From a virus (taxonomy: Duplodnaviria > Caudoviricetes), in IMG/VR virus record IMGVR_UViG_3300020045_002007, positions 1 to 63,799 of that record: 63,799 bases of DNA. One strand, 5' to 3'. Position 1 is the first letter of the stretch, and each line of letters begins with the position of its first letter. A model generated the notes under the pieces. That model saw nothing but the letters and a program-made list of their open reading frames with translations, did no database searches and was not told the origin of the DNA. Shown piece by piece: positions 8,967 to 16,718 of the stretch. The position numbers and the translations under genes are program-made.

Positions 8967-9409
8967 CACACGCAGATGACAAGCAAGTCGGTGGCGAGCA
9001 TTACAAGAAACATGGTGAGCGTCTTCAACACTGGAATGTCGTGGCTGAAATGGGCTGGGACTATTTCATCGGCAACGCGACCAAGTACCTCTGGCGTCTG
9101 GGCGAAAAGGGTGGTCCGGACAAAGCGATTGAAGACGTCAGCAAGGCGATTCACTACCTGGAAAAGAAGCGTGAATTGATGATGGTGGAAAAGGCTAACA
9201 TGTGTAAAGATAACGTTCAGTGGGTTGATCCTCGGCTTCATCTCCACCCTTATGCGACACCCCCGCAGGGTACTGCCTCTATCAAAAACGTGATTAGAGA
9301 GCAAGAAGGTCGCGTATACGATCCGGCGATCCCCAGTACGTGGAATCTAAAAGTCAGCGATGTTACCGGACCAGGACCGGGACCAGGCTACGTCAATCAG
9401 GATCGGTGA
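8963..9409 (+). CDS. DUF3310 protein (T7 gp1.7-like, putative nucleotide kinase)
   Basis: QVGGEHY...FIGNATKYLWRLGEKG...EDVSKAIHYLE. Confidence 0.8.
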   Translation: MTHADDKQVGGEHYKKHGERLQHWNVVAEMGWDYFIGNATKYLWRLGEKGGPDKAIEDVSKAIHYLEKKRELMMVEKANMCKDNVQWVDPRLHLHPYATPPQGTASIKNVIREQEGRVYDPAIPSTWNLKVSDVTGPGPGPGYVNQDR

Positions 9410-9481
9410 TATCATGGAATGGACTCAGTTAGATACAATCATTTGCATGCTAGCATTTATCATCGGCTTTCTAGTGGTGAA

Positions 9482-11401
9482 ATGATGGCTAAGACTATCG
9501 TATGGGACGTAGAAATATTCAACAACGTGTTCCTCTTTTGCGGACGCGTGTTGGAGAATCGTAACGTCATCGCTATTTGGCACGATGAGCCGGACGCCCT
9601 GGCGAAGATACGCTCGGTGTTCGAGTCAGGATGTACGCTAGTGTCCTTCAACGGGATCAAGTTCGATACTCCCGTCACTTCAGCCTTGATAGCGGGTAAA
9701 GACATACCTACGGTCAAAATGATAGCTAACTCTATCATCGAACACCAGATGCAACCCTGGGAGGCTCAGCGACGCTTCGGCATTCCAGATTTGAAGTTCG
9801 ATCACATAGACTTGATAGAAGTCGCGCCTAGTTTCGTAGGTCTAAAAGCCTATGGTGCTCGGATGCACATGCGCTGGCTGAAAGACTTACCGTTCGAACA
9901 TGACGCGGTAATCACTTCCGAACAGCGGCCAGACGTCCAGGAGTATTGTATCAATGACCTAGACACGACTGAAGAGCTGTACAAGCGACTCAAGAAAGAT
10001 ATCGAGCTTCGTATCAAGATGGGTGAAGAGTACGGGATTGACTTCCGTAGTAAGTCCGATACCCAGATGGCCGAAGCGGCTTTCATCAAGCGTCTAAATC
10101 TGTCACGTAACAAGCCAAAAGTCCCTGATTCTATCACGTACGAGTTGCCGAGCTATATCTCTTTTGGAGCGCCTCACTTACAGGAATTGTGCGAGCGTAT
10201 TCAGGCCACCGTCTATCCTATCAACCAGAAGACTGGACACGTAGAACTACCAGAGTTCCTGGGTAAAGAGGTGATAGCGCTCAACTCGGGAACCTATCAG
10301 CTTGGGGTAGGCGGTATTCATTCTACGCACGACAAGAAGGTCTGTTACGTCGCTAGTAAAGATTATATCGTCACCGATATTGACGCCGAATCGTACTACC
10401 CGAATATACTCTTGAACTGCAACCTGATTCCTCGTAACACCGGGAAGCGGTTTATTGACGAGTACCGAGAGGTAGTGAATCGTCGGGTAGCCGCAAAGCG
10501 TTCGGGTGACAAGGCGACGGCAGACACCTTGAAGATTTCAGTCAATGGGACCTTCGGCAAGACGGCGTCACGGTGGTCGCCTTTGTATTCTCCCGACCTA
10601 ATGTTGGCGATTACTCTCACCGGCCAGCTAACCCTGCTAATGCTCATAGAACGGCTCGAAAAAGTGGGTGCAGTGGCGCTCTCGGCCAATACCGACGGTA
10701 TCGCCATGGGTTACCCTGCCGAGCTAAAAGAAACCGTAGAACGCGTCGTCTCGGAGTTTTCGGAGCTGAGTAATTTCACCTTCGAATATACTCCGTATCG
10801 CACCCTGGCGATGAAAGACGTGAATAATTACATCGCGGTCAAGACAGACCGTAAAGTCAAAGCAAAGGGTATTTATGCGCCTCTTGATCTCAAGAAGAAT
10901 CCTACTGCCCCGATATGTGCCCAGGCTGTATGTAATTGGCTTGCTCAGGGGACGCCGTTTATGGAGACTATTGGCGGCGCACCGTTTACTGAATTCATTT
11001 CAGCGCGTTCGGTAACGGGAGGTGCGGTACAAGGTGGTAAAGAAATCTATCATCGCGTACCAATTAACAATAGCGATGAGTACGCTTCGGTGGTGTGTGG
11101 AATAGAGGGTGGCGAGCATCTAGGTAAAGTTGTTAGGTGGTACTATTCAAGTGATGAATTAGTAGAACCGATTCGTTACAAGGCTAATGGTCACAAGGTG
11201 CCGAAGACGGATGGCGCCAGGGCGTGTATGATCATTGAAAATAAAGTTGCCCATCCGTCCGATCTCGCGTATAATTGGTACCTTAAGGAAGCCATATCAA
11301 TAGCTATTAACGTGGGTTGTAAGGATTTCCTAACGGATGAACAGATAGCGCTGGTGACGCCTCCACCGAAAGTCAAGAAACCCAGAAAGGTAAAATCATG
11401 A
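9482..11401 (+). CDS. DNA polymerase, family B-like with 3'-5' exonuclease
   Basis: Exo motifs WDVE, FNGIKFD, YCIND; pol motifs DAESYYPN, KISVNGTFGK, NTDG; start reassigned to 9482 (SD GGTG). Confidence 0.9.
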   Translation: MMAKTIVWDVEIFNNVFLFCGRVLENRNVIAIWHDEPDALAKIRSVFESGCTLVSFNGIKFDTPVTSALIAGKDIPTVKMIANSIIEHQMQPWEAQRRFGIPDLKFDHIDLIEVAPSFVGLKAYGARMHMRWLKDLPFEHDAVITSEQRPDVQEYCINDLDTTEELYKRLKKDIELRIKMGEEYGIDFRSKSDTQMAEAAFIKRLNLSRNKPKVPDSITYELPSYISFGAPHLQELCERIQATVYPINQKTGHVELPEFLGKEVIALNSGTYQLGVGGIHSTHDKKVCYVASKDYIVTDIDAESYYPNILLNCNLIPRNTGKRFIDEYREVVNRRVAAKRSGDKATADTLKISVNGTFGKTASRWSPLYSPDLMLAITLTGQLTLLMLIERLEKVGAVALSANTDGIAMGYPAELKETVERVVSEFSELSNFTFEYTPYRTLAMKDVNNYIAVKTDRKVKAKGIYAPLDLKKNPTAPICAQAVCNWLAQGTPFMETIGGAPFTEFISARSVTGGAVQGGKEIYHRVPINNSDEYASVVCGIEGGEHLGKVVRWYYSSDELVEPIRYKANGHKVPKTDGARACMIIENKVAHPSDLAYNWYLKEAISIAINVGCKDFLTDEQIALVTPPPKVKKPRKVKS

Positions 11402-11724
11402 ATATCAATAACGCAACCGTCTACGTCGTCTACAATGATTCCCGAAAGAACATGTCCGCCGCCGAGAAGTTCGGTAAGCTGAAAGACGTCTACTCTTCCG
11501 TGGGTCGCGTATACAACGGTGACAAGCTGATTGAACACGCTCGCCGAGTGCTGGACAACTGGCAACCTGGCGACTACCTTCTCTTGGTGGGCGACCCGAC
11601 GCTCTGCGGAATCTGTATGGCCGTGGCGCTTGAAGCCGAAGAAGAGATCAATGTACTCCGCTGGGACCGTGTCAATTTCGACTACGTCCCCTTGAAACTT
11701 AATTTTTCGTATCAGGAGGTTTAA
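11398..11724 (+). CDS. conserved phage hypothetical protein (small alpha/beta)
   Basis: VYVV...AEKFGKL...DYLLLVGDP...LRWDR; ATGA overlap with polymerase. Confidence 0.8.
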   Translation: MNINNATVYVVYNDSRKNMSAAEKFGKLKDVYSSVGRVYNGDKLIEHARRVLDNWQPGDYLLLVGDPTLCGICMAVALEAEEEINVLRWDRVNFDYVPLKLNFSYQEV

Positions 11725-11792
11725 GACAGGTTCTTGAGGTATAATTATTTTCGTACCAAATCGATTGGTATATAACTATAGGAGTCAATAAC

Positions 11793-12530
11793 ATGAGTTG
11801 GAAAAAAGCACTAGTTGTCGGTAAGCAAGAACTGCCTCCCCGTATTTGCATCTACGGAACCCACGGCATCGGTAAGAGCACGATCGCCAGCCTGTTCCCG
11901 GCACCGATCTTCATCTCCACCGAAGACGGTATCGACGGACTGGACGTTACCAGCTTCCCCAAGGCCGCCCACATCAGCGACATCGCGGCAAGTATCAAGA
12001 CGCTGATCAAGGAAGAGCACGAGTTTCGCACGGTCGTGTTGGATACCGTGGATTGGTTGGTGGAGCCTCTGATCGTGGAAGACGTCGAAGCCACCCACGA
12101 CGCCAAAGACCTCGCCTATGGCAAAGGTCAGATGCTCGTAGCCGAGAGCTTCCGTGAGATCCTTCAGGGAATGGACGTGCTACGCCGCAAGCGTGATATG
12201 AACGTGGTCTTGTTGGCTCACGCTAACATCGTCAAGTTCGATGATCCTCGTACTGAGGGATATGACCGATACACGCCTAAGCTCCCTAACCGATGTAACG
12301 CTCTTCTTCAAGAATGGGTAGATGTACTCACTTTTGCCGCCTTTAGAGTTATCATCAAAAAGTCCGACGCGGGGTTTAATAAGGAAGTTGCCCGTGGGGT
12401 AAGCACTGGTGAACGACTTCTTCATTTTGTTGAAAACCCAGCCTTCCTCGCTAAGAACAGGTATAGCTGTCCCGATTCAGCAGAAATGACATTTGAAAAT
12501 GTCAAAAAGTATATCCCTATTAAGGGTTAG
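11793..12530 (+). CDS. AAA ATPase (Sak4/AAA_24-like recombination ATPase)
   Basis: YGTHGIGKST, TVVLDTVD, LLAH, AKNR. Confidence 0.85.
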   Translation: MSWKKALVVGKQELPPRICIYGTHGIGKSTIASLFPAPIFISTEDGIDGLDVTSFPKAAHISDIAASIKTLIKEEHEFRTVVLDTVDWLVEPLIVEDVEATHDAKDLAYGKGQMLVAESFREILQGMDVLRRKRDMNVVLLAHANIVKFDDPRTEGYDRYTPKLPNRCNALLQEWVDVLTFAAFRVIIKKSDAGFNKEVARGVSTGERLLHFVENPAFLAKNRYSCPDSAEMTFENVKKYIPIKG

Positions 12531-12532
12531 AA

Positions 12533-13111
12533 ATGTATTTGCCTTACGTATACAAACTAACAGATAAGACTACTGGAAAGTGGTACATCGGCTCTCGTAT
12601 TTCGGAAACCGACGGATGTTATCCTGGAGAGTTAGGCGTGAGGTATTTCACTTCTAGTAAGATTGTTGCTCCGTTGTTTAGGTCTGAACCTGATAGATTT
12701 CTGATTGAGATCATGGTAACGTCGGAAGATGCTGATTATGTACTAGATGTAGAAAAGAGCATGCTTGAATTTAGAAACGCCAAGTATGATCCTGATTCGT
12801 ATAACATGCATCACAACGACGGTAGGATGAACACTGTAAAATCAGGCAAGATGACTTTAGAATTAGGTTTAGGGTTTCATTCGTGGAGCTTTGAACAGTT
12901 TTCTGATCATAACAAGTCAAACGGATACAATAGTCTTGCTAGTAAGAAAGGTGTTCACGCTCGAAGTAAAGAGCAAATGAGCATTGATACATCTAAAGCT
13001 AACTCACATAAGTGGGTATGCGATGAATGTGGTATGAAAAGCATCGCGATGGGTATCGGAAGACACCAGAAGTATTCCGGACATCGTGGTAAAACTCGTT
13101 TAGATAACTAG
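12533..13111 (+). CDS. GIY-YIG-family homing endonuclease (Seg-like)
   Basis: YVYKLTDKTTGKWYIGSR...YFTSS; C-terminal CDEC...H...H zinc finger; AT-rich. Confidence 0.8.
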   Translation: MYLPYVYKLTDKTTGKWYIGSRISETDGCYPGELGVRYFTSSKIVAPLFRSEPDRFLIEIMVTSEDADYVLDVEKSMLEFRNAKYDPDSYNMHHNDGRMNTVKSGKMTLELGLGFHSWSFEQFSDHNKSNGYNSLASKKGVHARSKEQMSIDTSKANSHKWVCDECGMKSIAMGIGRHQKYSGHRGKTRLDN

Positions 13112-13121
13112 GAGAAATATC

Positions 13122-13691
13122 ATGGCAAAATTTGGTTTTGACACCGACGACTACAACCCATCCGACCGCGACTTCGAAGTCATGCCGAAGGGTGAATATA
13201 CCCTGAAGGGAACCGAGGCCGAAGAGAAGCAAACGTCTAAGGGTGACGGTAGCTACATTTCTTGCGTGTTCGAAGTCACGAAGGGTGAGCACACGGGGCG
13301 TAAGGTCTGGATGAACTTCAACATCAACAACCTGAGCGACAAGGCCGAGAAGATTGGTCGTGAGCATATCGTCGGCTGGGCACGGGCGTGCGGTAAGCCA
13401 AATGCCCAGGACACGGACGAACTCCTCGAGCGCAACTTCCAGGCCAAGCTGGACATCGAAAAGGGTACGGGAGGCTATTCGGACAAGAACAAGATCAGTG
13501 CGTTCCTGATGCCGGAAAAGAATGCCGCTCCCAAGGCCGAGTCGAAGAAGGCTCCTCCGAAGGCTGACCCGGTTGAAGAAGAGGAAGTTGAAGAGACCAA
13601 ACCCGAGCCTAAGAAAGAGGCTCCGAAGAAAGAAGCGCCCAAGGCGACTGAAGGAAGTGGAGCAAAAAAGCGCAACCCGTGGGACGATTAA
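13122..13691 (+). CDS. DUF669-family ssDNA-binding protein
   Basis: MPKGEY...TSKGDGSY...FEVTKGEHTGRKVW; acidic/Lys tail ending NPWDD; follows Sak4-like ATPase. Confidence 0.8.
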   Translation: MAKFGFDTDDYNPSDRDFEVMPKGEYTLKGTEAEEKQTSKGDGSYISCVFEVTKGEHTGRKVWMNFNINNLSDKAEKIGREHIVGWARACGKPNAQDTDELLERNFQAKLDIEKGTGGYSDKNKISAFLMPEKNAAPKAESKKAPPKADPVEEEEVEETKPEPKKEAPKKEAPKATEGSGAKKRNPWDD

Positions 13692-13709
13692 TAAGGTATA
13701 ATTAGGGTT

Positions 13710-14360
13710 ATGGGGCGAATTATTTCAATCATCTACAAGATGACACATCTGCCGACTGGTAAATTTTACATAGGTAGTTTGAAAGATTCGTCCCGGCTTG
13801 CGAGATATAGCACATCTTCTAAGTATGTTAGAGCTATGATACTGGATAACCATGAAGAGTGGATAAAAGAAATAATAGAAACTTTCGACGATATCCCGTT
13901 TTATGACGTCGTTGTAAAAGAACAGATGTTGATTCAAAGCTCAGTAGAGCGGCTAGGATGGGAAAGAGTTTTCAACAAGTTCTATCACAATGGAGTAGCT
14001 GAGTGTTATTCTCCGGAAACGATAGCTCGGCGATTAGCAGTTATGCGCTCCCCGGAAAAGAGAAAGAAAGCTTCTGAATCATCAGTTATACAGATGTCGA
14101 AACCGGGAGCAAAGAGAGCTGTAACCGAAGGACAGATGGGTGAAAAGAATCACTTTTATGGAAAACATCATAGCGAAGCTCATATTGAAAGACTACGGAC
14201 TAATAATCCTTCTTCTAACCCTGAAGTTGGTGCTAAGATTGCAGCGGCGCAGAGAGGTAGAAAGAAGATGCGAGATTTGGAGGGTAATGATAAACGGGTA
14301 AAAGCGGAGCAAATTGAAGACAGACTGAAAGACGGTTGGACATTAGTCGGCTCAGGTTGA
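13710..14360 (+). CDS. GIY-YIG homing endonuclease with NUMOD3 motif
   Basis: IIYKMTHLPTGKFYIGS; GEKNHFYGKHHSE. Confidence 0.8.
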   Translation: MGRIISIIYKMTHLPTGKFYIGSLKDSSRLARYSTSSKYVRAMILDNHEEWIKEIIETFDDIPFYDVVVKEQMLIQSSVERLGWERVFNKFYHNGVAECYSPETIARRLAVMRSPEKRKKASESSVIQMSKPGAKRAVTEGQMGEKNHFYGKHHSEAHIERLRTNNPSSNPEVGAKIAAAQRGRKKMRDLEGNDKRVKAEQIEDRLKDGWTLVGSG

Positions 14361-14662
14361 ACCCTGAGTAAAAGCGGTCCCCGGTGCCGCGACAACGCCG
14401 GGACTTACAAGAGAGAAGAGTGCCCCAGATAGCTATGCCAGAGGCCTCAGCGTCGTGGGTACATACCCCGAAGGATTAGCACTCTTCTCCCTTGTGAGCC
14501 ATACGTGTGAATCCGGATACCAGTTGCCTAAGGCAGAACGGCACGGCCAGCAGACGAGTAACGGTGAATTAGCCGTAAAAGTAATGTCGGAATAGCTCAC
14601 TTCAGTTCCGTCACCCCCGCCTGTTACAGGAATCGTCAGCGGGAAACTGCGATGGGGGTGAC
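14351..14662 (+). ncRNA. candidate multi-domain structured RNA (pseudoknot plus three multi-stem modules)
   Basis: Non-coding gap with several long complementary stems (see findings). Confidence 0.5.
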
Positions 14663-14687
14663 ACCCATTTAACAGATAGGAGATAAC

Positions 14688-14918
14688 ATGAGTATTAGAG
14701 AAAAGCTGTTCGGCCGACCTGAACGCGATGCGCTGATACGCGTGATACGCGAGCAAGAAGAGCGGATTGAATCCCTGAGTAACAATCTGAAGGGCATGAA
14801 TAACGCTGCCGACGAATGGGAAAAACGATACTTTGCACAGCGTCGGCAGTATGATGAGCTCGTCTTCTCACAGAGAAAACTCATTCATGAAGGTCTAAGT
14901 AACCTAGGAGTAAAGTGA
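14688..14918 (+). CDS. small coiled-coil protein
   Basis: SD AGGAG; heptad pattern. Confidence 0.75.
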   Translation: MSIREKLFGRPERDALIRVIREQEERIESLSNNLKGMNNAADEWEKRYFAQRRQYDELVFSQRKLIHEGLSNLGVK

Positions 14919-15754
14919 TGGCTGAAATTAAGAAGACTTCAAACGGAATGATTGACCGCATCTACGCTCATTACGAGAAACAGAATGAAAAACCCATCTA
15001 CCTGGCGCGTATTGGCGCTTCTGGCATTGGTGACCCTTGTCTCCGTTCTATCTGGCTGTCCTGGCGAGCCTACGATGACAAGAAGTTTGAGGGACGTATG
15101 CTGCGCCTATTTTCCACCGGACATCTTCAAGAAGAGCGTATTCAGGATGATCTGAGTAAGGCTGGATTTCAGGTCTGGACGCACCAGGAAGACGGCAATC
15201 AATTTACCTACACGGACGAAACCGGTCACTTCGTATGTAAGCTGGACGGCGTGATCAAAGGCGTGGTCGGTGCCGAGAAGACACCGCACGACTTGGAAAT
15301 CAAGACCCATAGTCTGAAGAGCTTCGAGGGGGTTACGAAGAAGGGTGTGGAAAAGTCTAAGCCAGTTCACTTCTATCAAATGCAAGCCGGTATGCTGTTC
15401 AGTAAGCTGCCTCGCGCCCTGTACGTCGCCTTATGCAAGAATGACGAACACTATCACATCGAGCGCATCTACCCGGACAAAGCCATTCAAGACGAGATCG
15501 GTTACAAGATCATCAAACTCGTAGAGGCTCGTACTCCTCCAGTCGGTATCAGCGATGACGCCGGAGCGTTTGATTGCAAATGGTGCGACATGAAAGAAGT
15601 CTGCGTAGGTAAGAAACCTATCAAGACCTGTCGCTCATGCGATCACGTTCAGGTCGTGCCGAAGAATGGCGAATGGCTCTGTACGCTTCATGGAAACGTG
15701 TTGAGTAATGGTGAACAGAAAGCCGCGTGTGATAATTACGAGGTGATCTCGTGA
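14918..15754 (+). CDS. Cas4-like PD-(D/E)XK exonuclease
   Basis: ASGIGDPC, KLDG, LEIKT, YQMQ, CKWC...C, CRSC. Confidence 0.85.
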   Translation: MAEIKKTSNGMIDRIYAHYEKQNEKPIYLARIGASGIGDPCLRSIWLSWRAYDDKKFEGRMLRLFSTGHLQEERIQDDLSKAGFQVWTHQEDGNQFTYTDETGHFVCKLDGVIKGVVGAEKTPHDLEIKTHSLKSFEGVTKKGVEKSKPVHFYQMQAGMLFSKLPRALYVALCKNDEHYHIERIYPDKAIQDEIGYKIIKLVEARTPPVGISDDAGAFDCKWCDMKEVCVGKKPIKTCRSCDHVQVVPKNGEWLCTLHGNVLSNGEQKAACDNYEVIS

Positions 15755-16230
15755 CCCTTTGCATAGGCATTGACCCCGGACTAACCGGAGCCGTCGGCGT
15801 GTTAGACAGTGGCAAATTCGTACGGGTAGAAGACATCCCTACGACGCTCAAGGGTTCAGGGGTCGTGAAGAACGAAGTTGATCCGTACGGTCTTTACAAG
15901 ATGGTCCGTTACGTTACCCAGGGTCACGAAGAGGCCGAGATTGCCCTCGAGCGCGTTTCGGCGATGCCGGGCCAAGGGTCTTCTAGCGTGTTCAGTTTCG
16001 GGGACACCTATGGCTGTTGTCGTTCAGCGGCGACCATCTCCGGGCATCCGGTGTTCCTAGTACCTCCAGCGACTTGGAAAAAGCACTTCAAGATCGGGCG
16101 GGATAAAGAAGAGGCTCGAGCCTTAGCTATCCGACTGTTCCCTGACGCACCATTGAATCTGAAGAAGTATGCGGATAGAGCTGAATCCCTTTTGATTGCC
16201 CGATGGCTATGGGAAACGCGACATTCCTAA
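15751..16230 (+). CDS. RuvC-like Holliday junction resolvase
   Basis: IGIDPGLTGA, ALERV, FSFG, PATWKK, DRAES. Confidence 0.85.
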   Translation: MTLCIGIDPGLTGAVGVLDSGKFVRVEDIPTTLKGSGVVKNEVDPYGLYKMVRYVTQGHEEAEIALERVSAMPGQGSSSVFSFGDTYGCCRSAATISGHPVFLVPPATWKKHFKIGRDKEEARALAIRLFPDAPLNLKKYADRAESLLIARWLWETRHS

Positions 16231-16236
16231 TCAGGC

Positions 16237-16271
16237 TTTACTTTTGAGAAACCCCCAGCTATAATGGGGGC
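16237..16271 (+). promoter_or_regulatory. sigma70-type promoter
   Basis: TTTACT-17 bp-TATAAT(16260-16265); CCCCCA/TGGGGG inverted repeat. Confidence 0.8.
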
Positions 16272-16298
16272 ACCTTAACAAATAACAGGAGAAATATC

Positions 16299-16466
16299 AT
16301 GGACGTCTTCCTTATGTGGATAGCTATTGAGATCGGACAAACCCTTTGTTTCCCCAACACCTGCGCCGAAGTGATCATTCGCGAAGCCACGACGCAGTCC
16401 GAACCCGTTGAGCCGCCGAAGGCTGAAGAACCTGTCGAGGAGAAGACCGATGAAACCGTCGAATGA
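16299..16466 (+). CDS. 55-aa protein, hydrophobic N-terminus and acidic tail (not in ORF track)
   Basis: SD AGGAGA; MDVFLMWIAIEIGQTLCFPNTC...EEKTDETVE. Confidence 0.7.
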   Translation: MDVFLMWIAIEIGQTLCFPNTCAEVIIREATTQSEPVEPPKAEEPVEEKTDETVE

Positions 16467-16710
16467 ACTTGACCTTCGCTATCGGCTAATTGATGCGTTG
16501 ATTATCGTGGTCGGTCTGCTGATCTTCTTAGTCTTGGTTACGTGGGCTCAGCAGAGAGACATTGATGACGCCGTTCAGTACCAAAAAGAAGCCGCCACCC
16601 GCTATGCGCACATGCTCGCACAGTGTATGAACGGTAAGCTCCTGTACGATAAATCTGGTGATAAACTCTACGCCTGTGATAAGGTCGTAGAAATCACATT
16701 GAATAAGTGA
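16450..16710 (+). CDS. single-pass membrane protein
   Basis: SD GAGGAG; TM segment LIIVVGLLIFLVLVTWA. Confidence 0.7.
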   Translation: MKPSNELDLRYRLIDALIIVVGLLIFLVLVTWAQQRDIDDAVQYQKEAATRYAHMLAQCMNGKLLYDKSGDKLYACDKVVEITLNK

Positions 16711-16718
16711 GAACTGAT

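Noticed and set aside
14361-14687. tRNA genes, hammerhead ribozyme or group I intron remnant
   Set aside because: No GTTCRA T-loop or cloverleaf; CAGACGAG lacks the CUGANGA/GAAA core; flanking genes are intact rather than split
14918-15754. CRISPR-Cas system
   Set aside because: Solo Cas4-like nuclease in a recombination block; no array or other cas genes seen
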